Below the pieces are notes generated by a model. The model worked only from the letters and a program-made list of their open reading frames with translations, was not told the DNA's origin and searched no databases. Positions 52,401-64,000 of a stretch of 64,000 nucleotides of DNA are shown piece by piece. Origin of the DNA: Macrostomum lignano (Eukaryota); NCBI GenBank assembly GCA_002269645.1, contig NIVC01000838.1:310001-374000 (forward strand), written 5' to 3'. Position 1 is the stretch's first letter, and every line of letters begins with the position of its first letter. The position numbers were made by a program, and so were the translations under genes.

Positions 52401-52919
52401 GTCTCTCTGCATGTTTCTCTCTTTGCCTGTGTTTCTTCTCTCCATTTTCATTCCATTCTTCTCTCCTCACATTTTTTCTCTTTTTCCCCATCCGACGATG
52501 AGCCGATGGCGGCAGTAAACAGACAGCCGCCCCGGACAAAGCAATGTCGACCTCTGCGACTCCAACAGGCAAACAAACAAACAATGGCTCGGGTTGGCAA
52601 CCCCCCAACTCTCCGTGAATTTCATAGCCGGCGGTTCCGACGTGATCCGAGGAATGGCGCTTCCCAGCATCCGCGAGGGTCGAAATGCTGGGGTTAATGA
52701 TTAAACTAACGCATTCAAATCTGCGTCTTTTGTGTGCCAAAGCAACCGGCCTGACCCAACGGCTGTTGCGGCAACAAAGAGGGGAATTTGGGTGGAGTAA
52801 ATAGCGGCAGTGTTGCTTCTTTAATCAAATTTTCCTGACCTTGGCTGTTTGGCCAACTGGACGGAATCGCCCTGGTAACTATCATCCGTCAGTGTGAGTC
52901 AGCTGGCACAATGGGAAAG

Positions 52920-53143
52920 ACAGGCTGAGAGTGAAGGGTGAGAGTGGAGACTGTGCAGGCTGAGAGTGAAGGCTGTGAAGCCTAAGAGTGAAAACTATGA
53001 AAGCTGAGAGTGGAGGCTGTGAAGGCTGAGTGGAGGCTGTGAAAGCTGAGAGTGGAGGCTGTGAAGGCTGAGAGTGGAGACTGTGAAGGCTGAGAGTGGA
53101 GGCTGTGAAGGCTGAGAGTGGAGACTGTGAAGGCTGAGAGAAA
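52920..53143 (+). repeat. ~21-bp minisatellite GGCTGAGAGTGGAG(A/G)CTGTGAA
   Basis: Tandem copies ending ~30 nt from the donor at 53174. Confidence 0.88.
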
Positions 53144-53174
53144 CTTCATGGCCCCATCAAAAGCCCGAACTCAC

Positions 53175-53267
53175 GCATAAAAGTCCGTCTCCGGGCATCA
53201 GTCCGGCCAAGTAAGCTGGCGAGTCCCTGGTAACCATGGCAACGAGTACAGTAGTTGACGCTCCGGC
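53175..53267 (-). CDS. PDZRN-family exon: middle of PDZ-A
   Basis: AGASTTVLVAMVTRDSPAYLAGLMPGDGLLC; TTTTTTCAAAG|..|GTGAGT; phase 0-0; joins to VNG of the next exon. Confidence 0.85.
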
Positions 53268-53349
53268 CTTTGAAAAAATGAGATTTACTAATTTTACACT
53301 TTTTCAAGTACATTTTTATTTACTTCAAGAAAAACCCCTTTCCAAAACA

Positions 53350-53975
53350 TAATCTCACCCTCTCCTCGCCCTTCAACTCTCCCTTGCCTCTCCCTCATTT
53401 CTCCCCCACCTCTCCCTCATCCCTCCCTAATCTCCCTCATCTCTCTCATCACTCCCTCATCTCCCTCATCTCTCTCTCATCCCCCTTATTTCCCTCATCT
53501 CTCTCATCCCTCCCTTATTTCCCTCATCTCTCTCTCATCCCTCCCTTATCTACCTCATCTCTCTCATCCCTCCCTTATCTCCCTCATCTCTCTCATCACT
53601 CCCTTATCTCCCTCATCTCTCTCATCACTCTCTTATCTCCCTCATCTCTCTCTCATCCCTCCCTTATCTCCCTCATCTCTCTTATCCCTCCCTTATCTCC
53701 CTCATCTCTCTCATCACTCCCTTATCTCCCTCATCTCTCTCTCATCCCCCTTATTTCCCTCATCTCTCTCATCCCTCCCTTATTTCCCTCATCTCTCTCT
53801 CATCCCTCCCTTATCTTCCTCATCTCTCTCATCCCTCCCTTATGTTTCTCATCTCTCTCATCCCTCCCTTATGTCCCTCATCTCTCTCATCCCCCCTTAT
53901 CTTCGTCATCTCTCTCTCTCATCCCTCCCTCATCTCTCCCTCATCTCTCCCTTATCTTCCTTATCTCCCTCATAT
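53350..53975 (+). repeat. CT-rich degenerate minisatellite (CTCCCTCATCTCTCTCATCCCTCCCTTAT-like)
   Basis: Imperfect tandem copies. Confidence 0.85.
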
Positions 53976-54409
53976 ATTTTTGGTCTCTTCCAAAAATGGC
54001 TAGTGTGATTTCCTTTGCAGCAATTCAAAATTCTGTTAAATGTCCTCGCGGTCCGAGTCTCCAGCTGCGTTAATCTCCTATCGAAAATTCGAAGCATTTT
54101 CAAGCGGTCACGATTTCCAATCAGCTGGGACACGAACTCAAAACCCGATCCCTCCAGGGGTCCGAAAACAACCAATATCTGCCCACAGGGTCAGGCTGGG
54201 GAGAAAAACCGAGGGAAGAACTGGGATTATCTTGTAGCAACTCACAAAAAATTCTCAGTTTGCTGCTGTTTCGTAATTTACCGCGAAATTTATCGGAACA
54301 TCTGTTTGAACAAACTTTTTATTGACTTGGAAAAACTTTAAATTGTTTCATTTTTGCGAGAAAACTAGCACCGCAAAATAACGAGATAAAAGTAAAAATT
54401 GTATGCGCT

Positions 54410-55892
54410 AAAATCTATTCTGTGGCACTAAAATCTTGTCTGCGGAGCAAAAATCTAGTCTGTGGCTCGAATCTAATCTCAGGCGCTAAAATCTATTCTG
54501 TGGCGCTAAAATCTAGTCTGTGGCGCTAAAATCTATTCTGTGGCGCTAAAATCTAGTCTGTGGGGCTAAAATCTAATCTATAACATCTAATCTGTGACGC
54601 TTAAGTCTAGTCTTTGGCGCTCGAATCTGATCTCTGGCGCTTAAATCTAATTGTGACCCTAAAATCTAATCTTTGACGCTAAAATCTAATCTGTGACGCC
54701 AAAATCTAATCTGTGACGCTAAAATCTGGTCTGTGGCGCTCGAATCTGATCTCTGGCGCTAAAATCTAATCTGTGACACTAAAATCTAGTCTGTGGCGCT
54801 AAAATCTAATCTCTGGCGCTGAAATCTAATTGTGACCCTAAAATCTAATCTCTGGCGCTTAAATCTAGTCTGTGGCGCTCGAATCTGATCTCTGGCGCTA
54901 AAATCTAATCTGTGACACTAAAATCTAGTCTGTGGCGCTAAAATCTAATCTCTGGCGCTGAAATCTAATTGTGACCCTAAAATCTAATCTCTGGCGCTTA
55001 AATCTAATTGTGACCCTAAAATCTAATCTGTGACACTAAAATCTAATCTGTGACACCAAAATCTAATCTGTGACACTAAAATCTAATCTGTGACACTAAA
55101 ATCTAGTCTGTGACACTAAAATCTAGTCTGTGGCGCTTAAATCTAATCTGTGACACTAAAATCTAGTCTGTGACACTAAAATCTAGTCTGTGACACTAAA
55201 ATCTAATCTGTGACACTAAAATCTAATCTGTGTCACTAAAATCTAATCTGTGACACTAAAATCTAGTCTGTGACACTAAAATCTAATCTGTGGCGCTAAA
55301 ATCTAGTCTGTGGCGCTAAAATCTAGTCTGTGACGCTAAAATCTAATCTGTGACGCTAAAATCTAGTCTGTGACACTAAAATCTAGTCTGTAGCGCTAAA
55401 ATCTAATCTGTGACACTAAAATCTAATCTGTGACACTAAAATCTAGTCTATGGCGCTAAAATCTAGTCTGTGACACTAAAATTTAATCTGTGACACTAAA
55501 ATCTAATCTGTGACACTAAAATCTAATCTGTGACACTAAAATCTAGTCTGTGGCGCTAAAATCTAATCTGTGACACTAAAATCTAATCTGTGACACTAAA
55601 ATCTAGTCTATGGCGCTAAAATCTAGTCTGTGACACTAAAATCTAATCTGTGACACTAAAATCTAATCTGTGACACTAAAATCTAATCTGTGACACTAAA
55701 ATCTAGTCTGTGGCGCTAAAATCTAATCTGTGACACTAAAATCTAATCTGTGACACTAAAATCTAGTCTATGGCGCTAAAATCTAGTCTATGGCGCTAAA
55801 ATCTAGTCTGTGACACTAAAATCTAATCTGTGACACTAAAATCTAGTCTGTGGCGCTAAAATCTAGTCTGTGGCGCTAAAATCTAATCTGTG
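54410..55892 (+). repeat. 20-bp minisatellite CTAAAATCTA(A/G)TCTGTG(ACA/GCG)
   Basis: Tandem array. Confidence 0.95.
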
Positions 55893-55984
55893 CTTCAATC
55901 TGCTTAGACGAGGAGCTGTCAATCCAGATGATCGTTCCGAAGCCTCCTTGGATCAGCCGAAGGGATCGAATCCTGATTTGAGTG

Positions 55985-55986
55985 TG

Positions 55987-56026
<40 letters not shown>
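55985..56026 (+). repeat. (GT)n microsatellite
   Basis: Direct reading. Confidence 0.95.
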
Positions 56027-56028
<2 letters not shown>

Positions 56029-56439
56029 AGCTCGCGTGTCCAAGCACGAGAACGGAGCGCGGACGCAAAATGGCGCCAACGATTTCCGATGGCAGTTCCA
56101 GCTCGATATGTCGTGACGGAATGCAATTTTTTTGTTTTGCTCCGAAGTTCCGAAATTATTTTTGGGGGTTGTTGGAAACTACTAAATGAGGCTTTGCAGC
56201 AGCTCCACATATTTGCGTGAGTTCAAGCGATTGTCAGGATAAATTCGAACTTTTTTGTAGTTTAAAGTTATTTTTTTCCTTTTCTGTAGCAACTAATTGT
56301 GGGACTTTTCAAACCACCCGCCTGGTTCTGCTTTTTCAAAAATATCTCATGGGTTGCTTCACCAGGGACAATTTTTTAATAGGGTGCGCTTTCTTGTCTT
56401 GCTTTGTCCTCTCAGACTCCCCACACTGGTTGTTCCGCG

Positions 56440-57299
56440 CTCTCTCCCTCCGTCTCCCTCTCCTTCTTTCTCCCTCTCTCCCTCTTCCTCTCTCTCACCA
56501 TCTCCTTCTCACCCTCTCCCTCTGTCTCCTTTTCCCCCTCTCCCTCTTCCCCCTCAACCTCTCACTCTCCCTCTCCCTCTCCCTCTATTTCTCACACTCT
56601 TCCTCTCCCTCTCATCCTCTCACTCTGCCTCTCAACCTCTCCCTCTATTTCTCACACTCTCCCTCTCCCTCTCACCTCTCCCTCTCACCCTCTCCCTCTT
56701 CCCCTCACCCTCTCACTCTCCCTCTCACTCTCCCTCTCACCCTCTCCCTTTTCCCCTCTCCCTCTCACTCTCCTCCTCACCCTCTCCCTCTCCCTCCTTC
56801 TCCTTTTCATCCCTCCTTCTCCTTCTCACCCTTTCACTCTCCCTCTCACTCTCCTCCTCACCCTCTCCCTCTCCCTCCTTCTCCTTTTCACCCCTCCTTC
56901 TCCTTTTCACCCCTCCTTCTCCTTTTCACCCCTCCTTCTCCTTCTCACCCTTTCACTCTCCCTCTCACTCTCCTCCTCACCCTCTCCCTCTCTTTCTCAC
57001 CCTCTCCCTCCTTCTCCTTTTCACCCTCTCCTTCTCCCTCTCAACCTCTCACTCTCCCTCTCACGCTCTCCCTCCTTATCTTTTTCACCCTCTTCTCACA
57101 CCCCTCCCTCTCCCTTTCACCCTCTCCCTCAATCTTTCCCGCTCACCCTCTCTGCCTCCCATTTGTCTCCCTCTCCGTCTCTCTCCACCTTCCTCTCACC
57201 CCTCTCCCTCCTCCCCTGTCTCCCTACCCTCTCCCTCTTTTTTCTTCTGTTCCCTCTTTCACTCTCTCCATCTCCTGCTCACCCACTCTCCCTTTCTCC
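56440..57299 (+). repeat. CT-rich low-complexity tract
   Basis: Polypyrimidine with internal duplications. Confidence 0.85.
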
Positions 57300-57358
57300 C
57301 AGCGGAGGCAAGTGGCAGCCTGCAGTTCAAGCATCTCAGCTGCCACTTGCCTCCGCTG
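57300..57358. other. Perfect 20-bp inverted repeat (59-nt hairpin), candidate pre-miRNA or cruciform
   Basis: CAGCGGAGGCAAGTGGCAGC (57300-57319) pairs with GCTGCCACTTGCCTCCGCTG (57339-57358); 19-nt loop. Confidence 0.8.
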
Positions 57359-57672
57359 CATTGTCGCCATCAGCATTCAAGTTGTGAGTGAGAGGAGAGT
57401 TTTCAGGCTACAACACGGCGGGAGCCGGTAGCCGCAGGGAAGGGACAGAGAGTTGAAGAATCAGGCCCAGAGCATGCGGTCTGTGCGAGAATGCTGAGCT
57501 GCAGATGATGGCTATAGCTGTTAGCTAAGCTGAATCCGCTTACACACACACGCGCGCACAGACCTTCATCACATGCCCTCCCTCCTTATAGTCCCCAAGT
57601 TGGCGATGACTCAGCCTAAACCCTCGCGGATCCCAAGGCAAACAGGTCTGGGAACAATCCATAGACTCCCTT

Positions 57673-57709
<37 letters not shown>

Positions 57710-57837
57710 TCCTTTAGCCACTTTTTCTCCCACAGAACACTGGAGATGCCTGCATGCGCGCGTGCGAAATATCCTATTCAGGGATTTTAAATTGGACTGC
57801 AGCAGCAGCAGGGCTACGACGCCATGGGCAACTAATG

Positions 57838-59225
57838 TTCCCCTTGTCCCCTCTACTACCCCCCTTGTCCCCTCTACTGCCCCCCTTGTCCCCTCTACTG
57901 TCCCCCTTGTCCCCTCTACTGCCCCCCTTGTCCCCTCTACTGTCCCCCTTGTCCCCTCTACTACCCCCTTGTCCCCTCTACTGCCCCCTTGTCCCCTCTA
58001 CTGTCCCCCTTGTCCCCTCTACTGCCCCCCTTGTCCCCTCTACTGTCCCCCTTGTCCCCTCTACTGCCCCCCTTGTCCCCTCTACTGTCCCCCTTGTCCC
58101 CTCTACTGTCCCTCTTGTCCTCTCTACTGTTCCCGCTGTCCCCTCTACTGTCCCTCTTGTCCTCTCTACTGTTCCCGCTGTCCCCTCTACTGTCCCCCTT
58201 GTCCCCTCTACTGTCCCTCTTGTCCTCTCTACTGTTCCCGCTGTCCCCTCTACTGTCCCCCTTGTCCCCTCTACTGTCCCTCTTGTCCTCTCTACTGTCC
58301 CACTTGTCCCCTCTACTGCCCCCCTTGTCCCCTCTACTACCCCCTTGTCCCCTCTACTGTCCCTCTTGTCCCCTCTACTGTCCCCCTTGTCCCCTCTACT
58401 GTCCCACTTGTCCCCTCTACTGCCCCCTTGTCCCCTCTTCTGTCCCTCTTGTCCCCTCTACTGCCCCCTTGTCCCCTCTTCTGTCCCTCTTGTCCCCTCT
58501 AATGCCCCCCTTGTCCCCTCTACTGCCCCCTTGTGCCCTCTACTGCCCCCCTTGTCCCCTCTACTACCCCCTTGTCCCCTCTACTGCGCCCCTTGTCCCC
58601 TCTACTGTCCCCCTTGTCCCCTCTACTGTCCCTCTTGTCCCCTCTACTGCCCCCTTGTCCCCTCTACTGCCCCCTTGTCCTCCCTACTGGCCCCCTTGTC
58701 CCCTCTACTGCCCCCTTGTCCCCTCTACTGCCCCCTTGTCCCCTCTACTGCCCCCCTTGTCCCCTCTAATGCCCCCTTGTCCCCTCTACTGCCCCCTTGT
58801 GCCCTCTACTGCCCCCTTGTCCTCTCTAATGCCCCCTTGTCCCCTCTACTACCCCCTTGTGCCCTCTACTGCCCCCTTGTCCTCTCTACTGCCCCTTGTC
58901 CCCTCTACTGCCCCCTTGTCCCCTCTACTGCCCCCTTGTCCCCTCTACTGCCCCCTTGTCCCCTCTACTGCCCCCTTGTCCCCTCTACTGCCCCTTGTCC
59001 CCTCTACTGCCCCCTTGTCCCCTCTACTGCCCCCTTGTCCCCTCTACTGCCCCCTTGTCCCCTCTACTGCCCCCTTGTCCCCTCTACTGCCCCCTTGTCC
59101 TCTCTACTGTTCCCGCTGTCCCCTCTACTGCCCCCTTGTCCCCTCTACTGCCCCCCTTGTCCCCTCTACTGCCCCCTTGTCCTCTCTACTGTTCCCGCTG
59201 TCCCCTCTACTATCCCCTCTACTGT
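57838..59225 (+). repeat. ~19-21-bp minisatellite CCCCTTGTCCCCTCTACTG(C/T)
   Basis: Tandem array; two G-runs per unit on the minus strand. Confidence 0.95.
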
Positions 59226-59248
59226 CCTGAACAAAGCCGCTGTCTCAC

Positions 59249-59401
59249 CTGCAGCTGAGCGTTGGGATTCCCTGAGATCAGACTGAATCCCCAGGATGCG
59301 CCGGGACAGCCGCGTCTGAGAATCAGCGATTTCCAGGTGTAGCCGCCACCGCGGCCGCCTCCACCGCCGCTGGGACAGCAGGCATCGCGACGATTAATGA
59401 T
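59249..59401 (-). CDS. PDZRN-family exon: start of PDZ-A (most 5' exon found)
   Basis: TTTTTTCAG|IINRR..WKSLILRRGCPGASWGFSLISGNP..|GTGAG vs [23 protein letters not shown]; phase 0-0. The seven exons sum to 1971 nt in frame. Confidence 0.82.
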
Positions 59402-59854
59402 CTGAAAAAATGTTTAATTATACCAATGAATGAATCATATCGCTTTGCAAATCTTTAAAAACCGATGGCTCCTGCGTAGATTATGGAAGGACCATTTTTC
59501 TCAGCAGGTGGTTGATTAATTAACTCGAAACTGCTTCCCTCCCTCACCGCCCGCCTGGGAGCCGAGTCCCCATATTTTTAATTGAAGACTGACACCTCAG
59601 CAATTGCCTCGAAGTTGGTCCGCTGGGCCTGCGGTCGGGCGATGGAGAAGCTCGCTGCGAGCTGGATGCTCTTTCTAGGAAAGCCCAGTGGGTCCCCAGC
59701 GGGGGGCAACTATCCCGCGTTGTTATGGGAACCAAACTGCGACACGCAATGCAGACTTGACTGCCCGCGTCTGCCGAAATCCTGACTAATAGTGTGTGTC
59801 AGATTCGCTCTGCAGGTAGTTCTGGTATTAATTATCTCTTTGTTTTGTAACATG

Positions 59855-60400
<546 letters not shown>

Positions 60401-61084
60401 CTCTACTGCGTCCCGTGCCACCCCCCCATTAGTGAGCCAAGAGTTGGCCAGCATTAATCAGTCATTCAGACAGACCCAAATTCGTGACAAAATCTCTAAG
60501 CCCAAATTTCTTCATAACTTCATAACTTCGAGTCTAGATAGAACCCAAGAGAATTTCTACATTGATATTGGTTAATTTTTTCTCTGTTAACTATCTGACT
60601 GAACTGGTGCAGCTGCACTTGATTGCGGCAGCCCACATGTTTCAGACGCAGCTCAAAATTTACTCAATTCATTGCCAAAATACCTACGGCAATTCACTTT
60701 GCGGTGGCGCAACGGGCCAGCTGGATCGGCGCATGACGCAACTCAACACGAATGTCTGTTGCCATGCAGAGCTCAGATATGATTAGATTTTATATTCTGC
60801 CCTTGCTGCGCCTCCCTCCACCTTTCACTGCTTGAGTTCGCAACGCTCGGGTGGGTCTTTGTTTTGCGCTGAGAGCTTTATCCGGTCGATAATTGAGTTA
60901 CTGGGTGGCGTTGCCGAGCCGGATTAGCGAGAGAGTGATTAGAACAGCTGGAGGGGGGTGCAGCCCGCAGACCCCGGCTATCGGATATCACTTATGAAAA
61001 TTTGGTCCCTGGCGCGTAATCATATTTTAATTCTGTCGGGCCATAAATTCTAGCGAGTTCTATATTCTAATCACTCCTTATCTA

Positions 61085-62035
61085 TCTCTCTTCCTCTCCT
61101 CCCTCTCCTCCCTCTCCTTCCTCTCCTTCCTCTCCTTCCTCTCCTCCCTCTCTTCCATCTCCCTCTCCTCCTTCTCTTCCATCTCCCTCTCCTCCTTCTC
61201 TTCCATCTCCCTCTCCTCCCTCTCTTCCATCTCCCTCTCCTCCTTCTCTTCCATCTCCCTCTCCTCCCTCTCTTCCATCTCCTCCCTCTCCTCCCTCTCC
61301 TCCCTCTCCTCCCTCTCCTCCCTCTCCTCCCTCTCCTCCCTCTCCTCCTCCCTCTCCTCCCTCTCCTCCCTCTCCTCCCTCTCCTCCTCCCTCTCCTCCC
61401 TCTCCTCCCTCTCCTCCCTCTCCTCTCCTCTCTTCTCCTCTCCTCTCCTCTCCTCCCTCTCCTCTCCTCCTCCCTCTCCTCCTCCCTCTCCTCCCTCTCC
61501 TCCCTCTCCTCCCTCTCCTCCCTCTCCTCCCTCTCCTCCCTCTCCTCTCCTCTCCTCTCCTCTCCTCTCCTCTCCTCTCCTCTCCTCTCCTCTCCTCTCC
61601 TCTCCTCCCTCTCCTCTCCTCCTCCCTCTCCTCCTCCCTCTCCTCCCTCTCCTCCCTCTCCTCCCTCTCCTCCCTCTCCTCCCTCTCCTCCCTCTCCTCC
61701 CTCTCCTCCTCCCTCTCCTCCCTCTCCTCTCCTCTCCTCTCATCCTCCCTCTCCTCCCTCTCCTCCCTCTCTTCCATCTCCTCCCTCTCCTCTCTCTCCT
61801 CTCCTCTCCTCTCATCCTCCCTCTCCTCCCTCTCCTCCCTCTCTTCCATCTCCTCCCTCTCCTCTCCTCTCCTCTCCTCCTCCCTCTCCTCCCTCTCCTC
61901 TCCTCTCCTTCTCCTCCCTCTCCTCCCTCTCCTCTCCTCCTCCCTCTCCTCCCTCTCCTCTCCTCTCCTTCTCCTCCCTCTCCTCCCTCTCCTCTCCTCT
62001 CCTCTCCTCTCCTTCTCCACCCTCTTCTACCTCTC
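61085..62035 (+). repeat. CTC/CTCTC-rich low-complexity array
   Basis: Direct reading. Confidence 0.92.
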
Positions 62036-62544
62036 TTCTCTATAAAATTCCAAACCCCCTTTAGCAACCTATTTCTCATATCCATCGCAGCTATTTCTCA
62101 TACAGTTTATTATCTATCGCAGTAACAATGCCTCATAATTTAATCAAGTTGGAACTCACAGAATCCTTGCAGACTCCGATTGCGCCATTCGAGGCCGAAC
62201 CGTTGCTAACCAGTCTGAGTTGCTCAAACAGCATAATCGCGCATGATTATAAGCTCGTTTTATTCTTAAACCCTAATCACCAAACAGTTGGTTGGACCGA
62301 ATTTCTTAGAAAATTTCTGAAATCGAATGTTTGACAGATATACTCGTAGATATTGAAGGCTGTTGGTTCTTCAATTCTGGTTCCTTTTAACCTTTGTAAA
62401 TAAGGCTCGTTTGTGGAAATATCCTTTGTCAGCCAATGGCAGCCAAGCAGCCAGTCATTGACCAATGAGAATGCTGCAATGGCTGGGCCAGGCTGCTAAC
62501 CTCATGGGACTAAACTGTGCGTTATTCGCTACTAATGCATAAGT

Positions 62545-63882
62545 AGCATTGTGATTATCATTAGGGACAGTGTGATTATCATAAGTGACAGTGTGATTAT
62601 CATTAGCGACAGTGTGATTAACATAAGTGACAGTGTGATTATCATTAGCGACAGTGTGATTATCATTAGTGTCAGTGTGATTATCATTAGTGACATTGTG
62701 ATTCTCATTAGTGACATTGTGATTCTCATTAGTGACATTGTGATTCTCATTAGTGGCAGTGTGATTTTCATTAGTGAAATAGTGATTATCATTAGTGACA
62801 GTGTGATTATCATTAGCGACAGTGTGATTAACATAAGTGACAGTGTGATTATCATTAGCGACAGTGTGATTCTCATTAGTGGCAGTGTGATTATCATTAG
62901 TGACAGTGTGATTATCATTAGGGACAGTGTGATTATCATTAGGGACATTGTGATTATCATTAGGGACATTGTGATTATCATTAGGGACAGTGTGATTATC
63001 ATTAGTGACATTGTGATTCTCATTAGTGACATTGTGATTCTCATTAGTGGCAGTGTGATTATCATTAGTGACAGTGTGATTATCATTAGTGACATTGTGA
63101 TTCTCATTAGTGGCAGTGTGATTTTCATTAGTCAAATCGTGATTATCATTAGTGACATTGTGATTATCATTAGTGACATTGTGATTGTCATTAGTGGCAG
63201 TGTGATTTTCATTAGTCAAATCGTGATTATCATTAGTGACATTGTGATTCTCATTAGTGGCAGTGTGATTTTCATTAGTGAAATCGTGATTATCATTAGT
63301 GACATTGTGATTATCATTAGTGACATTGTGATTATCATTAGTGACAGTGTGATTATCATTAGCGACAGTGTGATTAACATAAGTAACAGTGTGATTATCA
63401 TTAGCGACAGTGTGATTATCATTAGTGTCAGTGTGATTATCATTAGTGACATTGTGATTCTCATTAGTGACATTGTGATTCTCATTAGTGGCAGTGTGAT
63501 TCTCATTAGTGGCAGTGTGATTTTCATTAGTGACATTGTGATTATCATTAGCGACAGTGTGATTATCATTAGTCAAATCGTGATTATCATTAGTGACAGT
63601 GTGATTATCATTAGTCAAATCGTGATTATCATTAGCGACATTGTGATTATCATTAGTCAAATCGTGATTATCATTAGTGACATTGTGATTCTCATTAGTG
63701 GCAGTGTGATTTTCATTAGTCAAATCGTGATTATCATTAGTGACAGTGTGATTATCATTAGTGACATTGTGATTCTCATTAGTGGCAGTGTGATTTTCAT
63801 TAGTCAAATCGTGATTATCATTAGTGACATTGTGATTATCATTAGTGACATTGTGATTATCATTAGTGACATTGTGATTCTC
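62545..63882 (+). repeat. 21-bp minisatellite GTGATT(A/C)TCATTAGTGACA(G/T)T
   Basis: Tandem array; a unit divisible by 3 explains the long ORFs on both strands. Confidence 0.95.
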
Positions 63883-64000
63883 CTGAGAATTTCATCGCTG
63901 TGAATAATTTATCAAGGGAATTCTCACCAATCCCAGGAATTGCTTCCGTGTCCAAGCAGTGTGAGAGCTCCGTACCTGACTCACTCAATCGGCAATATCT

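Noticed and set aside
62455-63903. 450-aa TNDNH-repeat and IIISD-repeat ORFs
   Set aside because: A 21-bp stop-free minisatellite is open on both strands; the ORFs start inside the array and no splice context was found.

Overview
Repeat-rich, intron-containing animal genomic DNA with GC-rich exons, short AT-rich introns and many locus-specific minisatellites. The style suggests a free-living flatworm such as Macrostomum (inference only). Five spliced genes were reconstructed by hand with consistent GT-AG phases: (1) CCDC61/VFL3-like (minus, 2 exons), (2) a quiver/sleepless-like Ly6 protein (plus, 3 exons), (3) arfaptin (plus, 5 exons), (4) a divergent p21/p27 CIP/KIP CDK inhibitor whose PIP-degron is assembled across a splice junction (minus, 2 exons), and (5) a PDZRN3/4-PDZD4/Slip1-family two-PDZ gene (minus, 7 exons over 24 kb, 5' end not found). 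Most notable accessory structures: an ~800 bp inverted duplication (1-~800 / ~11738-12537) carrying an identical 96-aa ORF with a possible ubiquitin-like fold, whose three coding differences are all synonymous, bracketing CCDC61; a young 1.8-kb non-autonomous LTR element (5-bp TSD, tRNA-Glu-type PBS, PPT) in the CCDC61 intron; hAT-type MITEs with 8-bp TSDs; a perfect 20-bp pre-miRNA-sized hairpin; a cluster of palindromic AP-1 sites; and about 30 tandem arrays, several belonging to dispersed families. No rRNA, tRNA or CRISPR array was found.
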